Made by a program: the position numbers and the translations under genes. DNA of 49,807 nucleotides from Actinomycetes bacterium. Its GTDB lineage: Bacteria; Actinomycetota; Humimicrobiia; JAHJRV01. The stretch is taken from NCBI GenBank assembly GCA_023129485.1, contig JAGMBY010000041.1, forward strand, positions 1-49,807, given 5' to 3'. Below are positions 11,449 through 19,480 of this stretch, in pieces (positions within the stretch are counted from its first letter, which is position 1; each line of letters opens with the position of its first letter). The notes beneath the pieces are model-generated. The model was not told where the DNA came from, made no database searches, and saw nothing but the letters and a program-made list of their open reading frames with translations.

Positions 11449-12939
11449 ATGGAAAAAGAAAGATTATTTAGGTTAAGTGCAAAAAAGTTAACAGAACTTC
11501 TATCAAAAAGAGAAATATCAAATTTGGACATAGTAAATGATGTGGTTGAAAGAACTCAGGAGGTAGAGCCCATTGTTAAATCTTATATAACTACTAATAT
11601 GCATGGTGCTATTGCTTCAGCAAAAAAGATAGATAAATTAATTTATAAATCAATTTTTAAAGGAAATAAGGTTGAACCTTTAATGGGAATACCAATAGCG
11701 ATAAAAGACAACATCTCTACAGAAGGAATGCATACTACTTGTGGTTCAAAAATACTTGCAGGCTATAGGCCAATCTATAATGCTACTGTAATTAAGAATT
11801 TAAAAAATTCTAAAATAGTAATTATGGGTAAGACTAATATGGATGAATTTGCAATGGGTTCTTCAACTGAGAATTCAAGTTTTTGGTCAACGCACAACCC
11901 ATGGAATTTAAGTAATGTTCCTGGGGGATCCAGTGGAGGGTCTGCAGCAGCTGTTGCAGTAGGAGAAGTCATTTTAGCATTAGGTTCAGATACTGGTGGT
12001 TCAGTAAGACAACCAGCTTCACTTTGTGGTGTAGTCGGATTAAAACCAACTTATGGATTGGTTTCAAGATATGGGCTTATTGCTTTTGCATCCTCTTTAG
12101 ATCAAATTGGTCCAATTACTAGAAATGTTGAAGATTGCGCTTTACTGTTAAATGTAATTGCAGGTCATGACCCACTTGATTCAACTTCCGTTTTAAAGGA
12201 AAAAGAGGATTATACAGAATATCTAAAACAGAATATTAATGGATTAAAAATTGGATTAATAAAGGAATTAATGGGTAAGGGGATATCAAATTCGGTTAAA
12301 GATTCTGTTTATAAAGCAATGGATCTTTTTTCATCACTTGGTGCTTTTTGTGAGGAAGTTTCACTTCCAAGTTTGAAATTTGCATTAAGTGCTTATTATA
12401 TTATTGCACCTGCTGAAGCAAGTTCTAATCTTGCTAGATACGATGGAATAAGATATGGACTAAGAGCTAAAAGAGTGAAAAGTTTCAGAAGTATGTATAG
12501 AAAAACCAGGTCTAAAGGTTTTGGAGATGAGGTTAAGAGAAGGATTATGTTAGGGACTTATGCCTTAAGCAGGGGATATTATGAAGCATATTATCTTCAA
12601 GCTCAAAAAGTAAGAACATTAATCATAAATGATTATAAAAGAGTATTTAGAAATTTTGATGTTTTAATTTCACCAACAACTCCAACAGTAGCATTTAAAA
12701 TAGGGGAGAGATCTGAAGATCCTTTAACTATGTACCTATCTGATGCATGCACTATACCTGTAAATTTAGCTGGAATACCAGCAATTTCAATACCGTGTGG
12801 GGTTGATAATGGTTTACCCATTGGACTGCAAATAATGACACCTCACTTTAAAGAGGGACTATTAATAAAAACAGCATATAATTTTGAAAAGAATTTCAGT
12901 TTTAAGTTAAAACCACTTTATAAAAAATATAGGGAATAG
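11449..12939 (+). CDS. gatA: Asp/Glu-tRNA amidotransferase subunit A (amidase family).
   Basis: It carries the amidase signature GGSSGGSAAAVA and GSDTGGSVRQPA. I prefer the ATG at 11449 (AGAGGGGGA 9 nt upstream) over the track's TTG at 11416. Confidence 0.92.
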   Translation: MEKERLFRLSAKKLTELLSKREISNLDIVNDVVERTQEVEPIVKSYITTNMHGAIASAKKIDKLIYKSIFKGNKVEPLMGIPIAIKDNISTEGMHTTCGSKILAGYRPIYNATVIKNLKNSKIVIMGKTNMDEFAMGSSTENSSFWSTHNPWNLSNVPGGSSGGSAAAVAVGEVILALGSDTGGSVRQPASLCGVVGLKPTYGLVSRYGLIAFASSLDQIGPITRNVEDCALLLNVIAGHDPLDSTSVLKEKEDYTEYLKQNINGLKIGLIKELMGKGISNSVKDSVYKAMDLFSSLGAFCEEVSLPSLKFALSAYYIIAPAEASSNLARYDGIRYGLRAKRVKSFRSMYRKTRSKGFGDEVKRRIMLGTYALSRGYYEAYYLQAQKVRTLIINDYKRVFRNFDVLISPTTPTVAFKIGERSEDPLTMYLSDACTIPVNLAGIPAISIPCGVDNGLPIGLQIMTPHFKEGLLIKTAYNFEKNFSFKLKPLYKKYRE

Positions 12940-12941
12940 AT

Positions 12942-14399
12942 ATGGATTTTGAAATAAAAATTGGATTGGAAACCCATGTTGAATTACTCACTGATTCAAA
13001 AATGTTCTGTGGATGTAGTACAAAATTCGGTTCTCCACCAAATACTCAGACCTGTCCCATATGTCTTGGTCATCCAGGGACTCTTCCAGTTATAAATAAA
13101 AAAGCAATTAATTATACGATAAAAGTTGCTTTAGCATTGAATTGCAAGATTGCCAATTTTACTCAATTTCATCGTAAGAATTACTTCTACCCAGATTTAC
13201 CTAAGGGATACCAGATATCACAATATGACCTACCAGTAGGTTTAAATGGTTATCTTGATATTGAATTAGATGGAAACAAAAAAAGGATAAGGATAAGTCG
13301 TGTTCATATTGAGGAGGATACAGCTAAATTAATACATTTTGGAAAGACGGGAAGAATAAGTGAAGCTGTCGGAAGTGGACTAGATTTCAATAGGAGCGGA
13401 ATTCCACTTTTAGAGATTGTTTCAGCTCCTGATATAGAAAATGTAGAACAAGCAAAAGCTTATGTAGTCCTTTTAAAAAGGATACTTGAGTACCTCGAGA
13501 TAAGTGATTGCAATATGGAGGAGGGTAAATTTAGAATTGATACGAATATTTCAGTAAGAAAAAAGGAAGACATATATTCTAAAGTTAGAACCGAACTTAA
13601 AAATCTTAATTCATTTCGCTTTTTAGAAAAAGGACTAAGTTATGAAATAAAAAGGCAAAAAGAAATTCTCTCGAAAGGTCAAAAGCTATATATGGAAACT
13701 CGGCATTTTGACTCAGAAACAATGACTACTAAGCCAATGAGAGTAAAAGAGGTAGCAGAGGATTATAGATATTTTCCAGAACCAGATTTAGTTCCAATGA
13801 TAATAGATAAAAAATGGGTTGAGGAGATAAAAAAGACCATTCCAGAACTTCCCTATAGAAGAGCGAAGAGAATTAAAGAGCAATATAATCTTCCAAATAA
13901 TGATGTTCAAATTATAACCTCTACTAAAGAAATGGCTGACTTCTTCGAATTTTGTGCAAAAACCTATCCTTACCCAAAGAAAATTAGTAATTGGATAACT
14001 GGTGATATGTTATACTACCTTAATCAGGAACAAATTCAAATAGAGGAATGTAAAATAAAACCCCAAAATCTTGTTGAGATGCTAAGAATGATAGATAAAG
14101 GATTAATTAGTGGTAAAATTGCAAAATCGGTTTTTAAGGATATGTTTAAGACTGGTGAGATGCCAGAAACTATAGTTAGGAGAAAAGGACTTGAGCAAAT
14201 AAGTGATGTAGAAAAAATATCTAATATTATTGATGAGGTTATAAATGGGAATCCAGATGTTGTTAAACAATATCTATCCGGCAAAGAACAGGTTCTTGCA
14301 TTTTTTATTGGTCAAGTCATGAAAAAAACAAAAGGTAAAGCAAATCCAAGAATAGTTAATGATATATTAAAGAAAAAACTAAAAAGGATGTCATTCTGA
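12942..14399 (+). CDS. gatB: Asp/Glu-tRNA amidotransferase subunit B.
   Basis: It has GLETHVEL, CPICLGHPGTLPV and a YqeY-like C-terminal tail. Length is 485 aa. Confidence 0.93.
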   Translation: MDFEIKIGLETHVELLTDSKMFCGCSTKFGSPPNTQTCPICLGHPGTLPVINKKAINYTIKVALALNCKIANFTQFHRKNYFYPDLPKGYQISQYDLPVGLNGYLDIELDGNKKRIRISRVHIEEDTAKLIHFGKTGRISEAVGSGLDFNRSGIPLLEIVSAPDIENVEQAKAYVVLLKRILEYLEISDCNMEEGKFRIDTNISVRKKEDIYSKVRTELKNLNSFRFLEKGLSYEIKRQKEILSKGQKLYMETRHFDSETMTTKPMRVKEVAEDYRYFPEPDLVPMIIDKKWVEEIKKTIPELPYRRAKRIKEQYNLPNNDVQIITSTKEMADFFEFCAKTYPYPKKISNWITGDMLYYLNQEQIQIEECKIKPQNLVEMLRMIDKGLISGKIAKSVFKDMFKTGEMPETIVRRKGLEQISDVEKISNIIDEVINGNPDVVKQYLSGKEQVLAFFIGQVMKKTKGKANPRIVNDILKKKLKRMSF

Positions 14400-14438
14400 A
14401 GGAGCGATAGCGACTGAAGAATCTCATTAAAATTTAAA

Positions 14439-14503
14439 ATAAGAGCTTTGGGTATACTTTCTTAGCTAAAAATGCCTGCGAAAGTATACCACAAAGCTCT
14501 TAA
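14439..14503. repeat. Long imperfect palindrome (about 20-23 bp arms with one bulged A and a 15-nt loop). This is copy 1 of a two-copy element.
   Basis: TAAGAGCTTTGGGTATACTTTC-loop-GAAAGTATACCACAAAGCTCTTA. The 19-nt arm cores are identical to the copy at 19051..19102. Confidence 0.8.
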
Positions 14504-14515
14504 TAAGAATTTAGC

Positions 14516-15313
14516 TTGTTTTTAATTATGCCAAAAATTCTATTATCTACTGCTTCGTTATATCCATATTCACTAAAAGAAGTATTTTCTATAGCAAAAC
14601 ATACAAAATTTGATGGATTAGAATTAGTTATAAGCGGTAAGTGTTTAAAGGGAGATTTTAACAATGTAAAGGATCTTACAAATTCATACAACTTACCAAT
14701 TTACACAGTTCATGAACCTCTTTTTTTATTTTATAGAAAACCTGGAGTTGAAAATTCTTTAAAATTAACATTTGATGCTGCAAGTCATCTTAAATGTGAT
14801 TCTGTAACTTTGCATCTACCACCTTTATTAAGACCTGATAATTCACATCCCTGGTGGGATAGTTATTCAAAACAATTTCTAAAGGTGATTTTAAATAATA
14901 ATTTTAAGCCATTGATTGCGCTTGAAACTGTTTTTGATAGAAAATTTAATTTATATAAGAAATATTTTGCTGACCCAAATGTTTTAATAAGCTATACTTT
15001 AAAACATAATCTATTTATAACTTTTGATACAACTCACCATGGATTAAGAAGTTATAGCATTGAAAAAACTTTTGATATTTTAAAATCAAGAATTATAAAT
15101 ATTCATCTAAGCAATACTAAGAGAAGGAAACATGAACTACCATATTTAGGAAAAATCCCTCTGAAAAAATTTTTAAAATTCATTTCTAATAGGAATTATA
15201 GAAATTTTCTAACTCTGGAAATTTCACCTTTTGCGCTTAACTTCTGGAATAAAAAGAGAGTCAAGGAAAGACTCAAAAGGAGCATAAATTTTTGCAAAGA
15301 GAACATCTATTAA
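14516..15313 (+). CDS. Sugar-phosphate isomerase/epimerase (xylose-isomerase-like TIM barrel, AP_endonuc_2 family).
   Basis: It shows the family pattern FDGLEL ... VHEP ... TLH ... ALET ... DTTH ... IHLSN..H..P..G ... TLE. The start is either TTG 14516 (track) or ATG 14528. Confidence 0.65.
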   Translation: MFLIMPKILLSTASLYPYSLKEVFSIAKHTKFDGLELVISGKCLKGDFNNVKDLTNSYNLPIYTVHEPLFLFYRKPGVENSLKLTFDAASHLKCDSVTLHLPPLLRPDNSHPWWDSYSKQFLKVILNNNFKPLIALETVFDRKFNLYKKYFADPNVLISYTLKHNLFITFDTTHHGLRSYSIEKTFDILKSRIINIHLSNTKRRKHELPYLGKIPLKKFLKFISNRNYRNFLTLEISPFALNFWNKKRVKERLKRSINFCKENIY

Positions 15314-15559
15314 ATTTTTTAAAAAATATAAGAAATATAAAAAATATTAATTGTTGTTATGTTATTATAAAAAAATATTTTTAATAATTATTTTTAATAT
15401 CTTTTTATAATTTGATTTTATTTAATGACCTTCTCTATACTTTAATTTTTTATAATTATTTAATTTTTTTTAATAACCTATTTTTTGTACTTTAATTTTA
15501 ATAAGTATATAAATTAATAAAAAAATCTCTGATTTATTTAATTCTTAAAGGTGCTTAAA

Positions 15560-18500
15560 ATGGTAAAAAACATACCTGATTTTGTTCATCTTCACACTCA
15601 TACAGAATTCTCATTATTAGATGGAGCGATAAGGATACCAAACTTAATCTCAAAGGTAAAAGAATTTAACATGCCCACAGTTGCAATAACTGATCATGGA
15701 AATCTTTATGGAGCCATAGAGTTTTTTACTTTAGCTAAAGAAGCAGGTATCAAGCCCATTATAGGATGTGAATTTTATGTAGCACCAAAATCCAGATTTG
15801 ATAAATCTAAAAGAGCCGAAAAAACCAACCATATAACTATTTTAGTCAAGAACCTTCAGGGTTATAAAAATTTGATGAAACTTGTAACACATAGCTACCT
15901 TGAGGGGTTCTATTATAAACCAAGAGTTGATTATGAACTTCTTAGTAAATATAATTCAGAACTTATTGCCCTTTCAGGTTGTGTTTCGGGTGAAATTCCA
16001 AAATTAATTTTGGAGAATAGAATTGATGATGCAATTAATGTCGCTTTGAAATTATGTGAAATCTTTGGTAAGGAGAATTTTTATTTAGAAATCCAGGACC
16101 AAAATTTGGAAGAGCAATCCATTATAAATCCAAAGTTGATTGAGATATCAAAAAAACTGGATATCCCATTAGTAGCGACTAATGATGCACACTATTTAAA
16201 TAAGGGAGATCATACTGCTCATGATGTTTTACTTTGTATTGGAACAAGAACAACCTTAGATGATAAGGAAAGACTTCAATTTGCAACCCCAGAATTTTAC
16301 TTCAAATCAAAGGAGGAGATGTTTGAAATTTTTAAAGAAATCCCTGAAGTTCTTCAAAACACAATTGAGATATCAAAAAGGTGCAATTTAAAAATACCCA
16401 TGAATCTGGATTTACTCCCAGATTATGAAGTTCCAAAAAATTATGATTTAAACAGTTATTTAGAGAAAATCTGCAGAGAAGGATTTAAGAAGAGATATCC
16501 AGAACCATCAGATGAAGCTCGTAAAAGATTAGAATTGGAACTTAATGTTATAAAAAAGATGGGATATTCCGGATATTTTCTGATTGTTTGGGATTTTGTG
16601 AATTATGCAAAACAAAATGATATTAGAGTAGGACCAGGAAGGGGGTCAGCTGCTGGAAGTATAGTTTCATACTGTTTAGGAATAACTGACATTAACCCCT
16701 TAAATTATGGTCTACTTTTTGAAAGATTTTTAAATCCTTATAGAAAAAGTCTTCCTGATATTGATATTGATTTCTGTTACGAGAGAAGAAATGAGATTAT
16801 TGATTATGTTGTAAGAAAATATGGAAGAAATAAAGTAGCTCAACTTATTACATTTGGCACAATGGCAGCAAGAGCGTCTACTCGAGATGCTGGAAGAGTT
16901 TTTGGTATTCCTTATGGAAAGGTTGACAAGATAGCAAAGTTGATTCCTTTGGGAATTAGCACAACTATTGATAAATCAATAAACACTGTTCCAGAATTGC
17001 GAGATTTATATAATACTGATAAAGAGGTTAAAAAAATTTTGGATACAGCTATGACTTTGGAAGGACTTTCAAGACAGGATTCTATTCATGCAGCTGGTGT
17101 TGTGATATCCGACAAGGATCTTTCTGAATATACGCCATTACAAAAAAAAGGTGATGGTGAAGTTGTTACTCAGTACAAAATGGAGGATGTACAAAAAATA
17201 GGACTCTTAAAGATTGATTTTTTAGGGTTGAAAACTCTGAGTTTAATAGATAAAACTCTCGAAATAATTAGGCATACAAAAGAAATAAATATTGACTTAA
17301 ATGAAATTGACTTACAGGACGAGAAGACATTTTCAATGATAAGTCATGGAGAAACAATTGGTGTATTTCAACTTGAAAGTTCTGGAATGAGAAATCTAAT
17401 GATAGATTTACAACCAAGTTGTATAGAAGATCTAATTGCGTTACTTGCATTATATCGTCCTGGTCCACTGCAAAGTGGAATGGTTAAAGATTTTGTAGAA
17501 GCTAAAAAAGGAAAAAAGAAAATTAAATATCCACACCCATTGTTGGAACCTATACTGGAAGAAACTTATGGAATTATTGTATATCAAGAACAGGTCATGC
17601 AAATAGCATCAAAACTTGCAAACTTTACAATGGCAGAAGCTGATATTTTGAGAGGTGCTATTAGTAAAAAAAAGAGAAGGTTATTATCCAAGCAAAGAAA
17701 TAAATTCATAGATGGAGCTATGGATAATGGAATAAGTGGAGAGACTGCTCAGAAGATATTTGATTTATTATTATTATTTGCTGAGTATGGTTTTAATAAA
17801 TCACATTCTGCTGCATATGCATTGATTTCATATCAAACTGCATATTTAAAGGCAAATTTTCCAATAGAATTCATGGCTGCATTACTTACTGTGAGAATGG
17901 AGGATCAGGAAAAGGTTGCTCGGTATGTTAATGAGTGTAAGAGACTAAAAATTGAAGTATTACCTCCCGATGTTAATGAAAGTCTCTCCAATTTCACAGT
18001 AGTAGATGACAGAATCAGGTTTGGACTATCAGCTGTAAAAAATGTAGGAGAAAATGTTATTAAAAATATTGTAGCTGTTCGAAAAGAAGGTGAAAAATTT
18101 AAGTCATTTATTGATTTTTGTAGGAGAGTTGACCCTGTTGTTCTAAATAAAAAAACTTTGGAAAGTCTGATAATGGCAGGAGCTTTTGATTCACTAAAGC
18201 TCTCTAGGCAATTTCTCATGAAAAATTATAAAAAAATTGTTTCTCAGGTTCTTACAATAAGAAGCGATAGAGAAATAGGTCAATTTTCACTTTTTGGTGA
18301 AGATGTTATGTTTAAGGATGAATATCTCACAAATTTACCTGATGTAAAAATAGAATTTCCTAGAAAGAAGTTATTAGCATTTGAGAAAGAAATGTTAGGA
18401 CTTTATGTTTCAGATCACCCTTTAATTGGTTATGAATATTTATTAGAAAAATACAGTGATTGTCAAATAAGTGAAGTAAGAAAACTTAGGGATAAGAGCA

Positions 18501-19030
18501 TAATTAATATCGCTGGAGTAGTTTCAAGAATAAAGAAAATAACTACTAAAAAGGGAGAAATAATGATCTTTTTGACTTTAGAAGATATGAGTAATTCAAT
18601 AGAGGTCATTGTTTTTCCTTCAATAATTAAGAAATTTCAGGAATTCCTCAAAGAGGACATGATAATTGGAATTAAGGGAAGGTTGGATATAAAAGAGGAT
18701 CAAGCAAAATTAATTGCTAGTGAAATTGAAGAAATAAGAACTGAAACAGTAAAATCAAAATATGAAAACAATTCCTTAAAAAGAGTTCCTAAAAATATAG
18801 TTATTGAATTAGATTTAAATAGTATTGATGATCAATTTTTACACAGATTGAGAAGATTGCTTTTAAGTAATCCTGGACCTTCAAATGTTATTATAAAATT
18901 AAAATCTGATAAATTTTTTAAAACTATGAAATTAGGTAGTTCATTAAATGTCATACAATCCGATGAATTTATAGAAGAGATTGAGAATTTCTTAGGTGAA
19001 AAAGGCAGAATTATAGGTGTTAGGTCTTGA
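15560..19030 (+). CDS. dnaE: DNA polymerase III alpha subunit.
   Basis: It has the PHP motif FVHLHTHTEFSLLDGA, palm/fingers motifs (GPGRGSAAGS, PDIDIDF, FNKSHSAAYA) and an OB fold near the C-terminus. I prefer ATG 15560 (AAAGGTG upstream) to GTG 15551. Confidence 0.95.
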   Translation: MVKNIPDFVHLHTHTEFSLLDGAIRIPNLISKVKEFNMPTVAITDHGNLYGAIEFFTLAKEAGIKPIIGCEFYVAPKSRFDKSKRAEKTNHITILVKNLQGYKNLMKLVTHSYLEGFYYKPRVDYELLSKYNSELIALSGCVSGEIPKLILENRIDDAINVALKLCEIFGKENFYLEIQDQNLEEQSIINPKLIEISKKLDIPLVATNDAHYLNKGDHTAHDVLLCIGTRTTLDDKERLQFATPEFYFKSKEEMFEIFKEIPEVLQNTIEISKRCNLKIPMNLDLLPDYEVPKNYDLNSYLEKICREGFKKRYPEPSDEARKRLELELNVIKKMGYSGYFLIVWDFVNYAKQNDIRVGPGRGSAAGSIVSYCLGITDINPLNYGLLFERFLNPYRKSLPDIDIDFCYERRNEIIDYVVRKYGRNKVAQLITFGTMAARASTRDAGRVFGIPYGKVDKIAKLIPLGISTTIDKSINTVPELRDLYNTDKEVKKILDTAMTLEGLSRQDSIHAAGVVISDKDLSEYTPLQKKGDGEVVTQYKMEDVQKIGLLKIDFLGLKTLSLIDKTLEIIRHTKEINIDLNEIDLQDEKTFSMISHGETIGVFQLESSGMRNLMIDLQPSCIEDLIALLALYRPGPLQSGMVKDFVEAKKGKKKIKYPHPLLEPILEETYGIIVYQEQVMQIASKLANFTMAEADILRGAISKKKRRLLSKQRNKFIDGAMDNGISGETAQKIFDLLLLFAEYGFNKSHSAAYALISYQTAYLKANFPIEFMAALLTVRMEDQEKVARYVNECKRLKIEVLPPDVNESLSNFTVVDDRIRFGLSAVKNVGENVIKNIVAVRKEGEKFKSFIDFCRRVDPVVLNKKTLESLIMAGAFDSLKLSRQFLMKNYKKIVSQVLTIRSDREIGQFSLFGEDVMFKDEYLTNLPDVKIEFPRKKLLAFEKEMLGLYVSDHPLIGYEYLLEKYSDCQISEVRKLRDKSIINIAGVVSRIKKITTKKGEIMIFLTLEDMSNSIEVIVFPSIIKKFQEFLKEDMIIGIKGRLDIKEDQAKLIASEIEEIRTETVKSKYENNSLKRVPKNIVIELDLNSIDDQFLHRLRRLLLSNPGPSNVIIKLKSDKFFKTMKLGSSLNVIQSDEFIEEIENFLGEKGRIIGVRS

Positions 19031-19050
19031 CATGAGACATAAGATTTAAA

Positions 19051-19102
19051 GCTTTGGGTATACTTTCTTGACTGATATGTCTTCGAAAGTATACCACAAA
19101 GC
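19051..19102. repeat. Copy 2 of the palindromic element (same arms, different 14-nt loop).
   Basis: GCTTTGGGTATACTTTCTT-loop-CGAAAGTATACCACAAAGC lies 21 nt after the dnaE stop. Confidence 0.8.
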
Positions 19103-19189
19103 AAACATAAACATATGGGGTGAAGTCTTGCAATATTATATAAATTAAAAGTGTCAGGTCTTAACATAGTAAAAAATAATTAAATAATG

Positions 19190-19278
19190 TGGTGCCGAAG
19201 GTGGGAGTTGAACCCACATGAGTATTAAAACTCACTGGATTTTGAGTCCAGCGCGTCTACCAATTCCGCCACTTCGGC
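19190..19278 (-). tRNA. tRNA-Leu, anticodon CAA, class II long variable arm, genomically encoded CCA.
   Basis: The reverse complement is GCCGAAG-TG-GCGGAATTGGTAGACGC-G-CTGGA-CTCAAAA-TCCAG-variable hairpin (GAGT..ACTC)-GTGGGTTCAACTCCCAC-CTTCGGC-A-CCA. All four stems pair. Confidence 0.93.
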
Positions 19279-19307
19279 ATCAATTAAATTTTATATAGTA
19301 AGAAAAT

Positions 19308-19362
19308 AATAATCAAGAAAAAATAATAATTAAGTAAGAATAATCAAGTAAAAATAATCAGG
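19308..19362. repeat. Four degenerate direct copies of AATAATCAAG spaced 14-17 nt apart, between the tRNA-Leu gene and polA.
   Basis: AATAATCAAG (19308), AATAATTAAG (19325), AATAATCAAG (19339), AATAATCAGG (19353). Confidence 0.5.
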
Positions 19363-19480
19363 CAAATATTATAACATCTGTAAAAGATATATCGTTAATA
19401 ACATTTTTTATCATTTACTTATTAGTTTTGGTAATGGGATATTAAAATTATGTATGATTAAAAAATAAAAGGTTAAATAA

